Source: a virus (lineage: Duplodnaviria; Caudoviricetes). From it: a stretch of DNA of 27,506 nucleotides. The DNA lies in IMG/VR virus record IMGVR_UViG_3300030095_001123, positions 1-27,506 of that record; one strand, 5' to 3'. Below, in pieces: positions 25,865 through 27,506 of the stretch (the stretch's first letter is position 1; each line of letters opens with the position of its first letter). A program made the position numbers and the translations under genes. Under the pieces are notes generated by a model, which saw only the letters and a list, made by a program, of their open reading frames with translations, was not told the DNA's origin and made no database searches.

Positions 25865-25960
25865 CTGTGCGGGTAGGATTTGCACCTACAAAACTTTGGT
25901 GACACTGTAAGAGTTGTCTCACAGATCACACACCCACCCATGCTAAATGTGGGCGCACAG
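25865..25960 (-). ncRNA. tRNA-like structured RNA element (non-canonical)
   Basis: Closing stem CTGTGCG/CGCACAG, arm CCCAC/GTGGG, long arm GTGA..CTGTGAGA/TCTTACAG..TCAC, and T-arm GTAGG-TGCAAAT-CCTAC. Confidence 0.45.
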
Positions 25961-26151
25961 CACTCTCATGTATATAGTTGGCAATCCTTGGGGGTTCACT
26001 GACGGTTCACCCCTATGCCTAGTCATTGAAACCTCAACCGTTGAGGCTGTATTCAAAAGGCTTGAACACAGAAAGCGCCCCATGCAGGACGCTATCAGTA
26101 GTCAAGAAGTCACACCCCATGCTGATACATGGGGTGCTTAGTTTTTGTGGA

Positions 26152-26643
26152 TCATGCAACAATAGCCTTGAGTGCCTTGATCTTGTCAGACGGAACAACA
26201 TCTTTATCTGTCAGTCCATCATCCCTACGCTTCTCAGCTTTCTTGATAAGCGCAGCAATCATTGCATCAAGGTCCATTGGCTTATAATCAGGCTCAGGCT
26301 TGAACTCCCAAAAAGGAGTTTGAATTGCAGCCTTAGCATCCTCAAAACTGATCTTGGTACGTGCCTTGTGGTATGCAAAGCACTTGTCGTCTGTATTCCA
26401 AACGAACGTAGCATAAGCCTCTACCCACGCTTTGAAAGCATTGGCACGACCCATTGCAGGAATTGCGACCAGTAAAGCGTTCATCTGCTTTACAGCCTTA
26501 GACACATCGCTAGTGTCATGCCAACGCCGGATAATTGCACACCCACAAGTATGAATATCATCCTGCATTTTAACACCACGCTTTGCTATTGAAGCAATAC
26601 CAGCATCAATTTGATTATCAGTTTTCACGTATTTGTTAGCCAT
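26152..26643 (-). CDS. conserved podovirus early protein (likely start ATG at 26643, 163 aa)
   Basis: GGAGG RBS before MANKY. IDAGIASIAKRG..DV..MNALL.A.P..GRANAFKAW..PFWEFKPE resembles early proteins of phiKMV/SP6-like phages (from recall). Confidence 0.75.
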   Translation of the reverse strand: MANKYVKTDNQIDAGIASIAKRGVKMQDDIHTCGCAIIRRWHDTSDVSKAVKQMNALLVAIPAMGRANAFKAWVEAYATFVWNTDDKCFAYHKARTKISFEDAKAAIQTPFWEFKPEPDYKPMDLDAMIAALIKKAEKRRDDGLTDKDVVPSDKIKALKAIVA

Positions 26644-27306
26644 AGGAACCTCCATGATGTAGCCAAACACCATGCACACAGGACGTATGCACAGTGCAAG
26701 CTACACCAACACTATTACACCCCACGTTGGTTGGCAGGATAGAATAGCGTTAGGTTTACTTACCATGCGGTTTCTGCATCTCAGCATAGTCCACCGCAAA
26801 TATATAACTCAAGAGCAATGGCAATTACTCACATTGACAAGCACAAACTAAGCACTATCAAATAGCACACAAGTATATTGTGCAAACGCAATGAGATTGC
26901 CATAACTCACATTATCAACCGTGCACCCTAGCAAGCTAGGACTTACGCCACTGTCTTATTGGGCAGCACTACACCACCACCGATTGACGACACAAAAAGT
27001 GCCATAATGTTAAGCCACTATAAAGAACAAGTGTTATACATGTAGTCAGCTAGTCCCGTAGCACTCCCCTAGTCCCCCAAGGATAGGATGCAAACGGTAG
27101 GCCGATACAAGAAGATTCCGAAAAACCTTGAAACCATATAGACACATAATCAAAAGATAATAAACATATTTAAAGATAGTGAATAAAAACAACAGGTTAC
27201 AGGCTTGTTTAGAATAGTTCTAAGTATTCAAAAAACGAATCAGGCCTTTTGTGTAGGTGATACATACTTTTGATTCACTGGAGATTATTCATAACAGGAA
27301 TAAATT

Positions 27307-27418
27307 ATTCATGTATAAGAGTTGTTGTATAAGAGATAATGTATAAGGGGTAGTGTATAAGATATAATGTACAAGAGGTAGTGTATAGGACATAATGTAT
27401 AAGACATAATGTATAAGA
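27307..27418. repeat. tandem array of eight 14-bp imperfect repeats (consensus approximately CATAATGTATAAGA)
   Basis: TGTA(T/C)A core at 27312, 27326, 27340, 27354, 27368, 27382, 27396 and 27410; degenerate copies at 27465-27492. Confidence 0.9.
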
Positions 27419-27506
27419 CATAGGGCAGCATGATTGACATAATGGGGTGGGGTATATGTGCAGACATAATGTATTAGGTATAGTGTAAAGAGCATGACTT
27501 CACCCC

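Noticed and set aside
25861-25960. Cobalamin riboswitch (GGTGCAAATCC T-loop, attractive given nrdJ)
   Set aside because: It lacks the flanking AGGGAA and GCAACTGTA/B12-box elements and is far from nrdJ.
25865-25960. Canonical tRNA gene
   Set aside because: There is no proper D-arm spacing, no 7-nt anticodon loop and no CCA, and the T-loop reads TGCAAAT rather than TTCRAAT. Kept only as a tRNA-like element.
26065-26105. Hammerhead ribozyme (CTGATAG followed by a hairpin)
   Set aside because: The core needs CTGANGA and a downstream GAAA on the same strand; the hairpin is followed by TTTC instead.
25947-26475. Plus-strand ORFs 25947-26141 and 26026-26475
   Set aside because: They are antisense to the early transcription unit, overlap a real gene or structured RNA, and have no recognisable motifs.
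27307-27418. CRISPR array
   Set aside because: The period is 14 bp with no unique spacers of CRISPR length and no cas genes.
27289-27495. 68 aa ORF on the minus strand
   Set aside because: Its Y/L/H/T-rich sequence is simply the translation of the 14-bp repeat array, and there is no RBS.

Overview
A 27.5 kb part of a marine podovirus genome, probably infecting an alphaproteobacterium (Roseobacter group). It has two convergent arms that meet at 9705-9708. The + arm (1-9708) is a late virion module: a HlyC-like acyltransferase, a 950 aa Q/N-rich hendecad-repeat ejection-like protein, a tail-lysozyme protein and further internal virion proteins. The - arm (9705 to about 26650) runs from early genes (conserved early protein, GcrA-like HTH, tandem-HTH protein, Cys-rich 538 aa protein, M28-like peptidase) through a tyrosine integrase into a T7/cobavirus-like replication and nucleotide module. 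That module comprises ThyX, primase-helicase, family A polymerase, SSB, 5'-3' exonuclease, PD-(D/E)XK nuclease, MazG, class II RNR, endonuclease VII and DUF3310. No RNA polymerase is present in the window. Cobavirus-like replication genes joined to HMO-2011-like virion genes recall CRP-9-type roseophages (from recall, not a search). The right end has two long, highly structured non-coding stretches, one containing a tRNA-like element, and a 14-bp tandem repeat array that probably lies near the genome terminus. The best candidate for an undescribed system is an RTX-toxin-activating-type lysine acyltransferase lying 2 nt upstream of a DNA-ejection protein, suggesting a lipidated ejectosome. All family calls are by motif recognition only; no searches were run.
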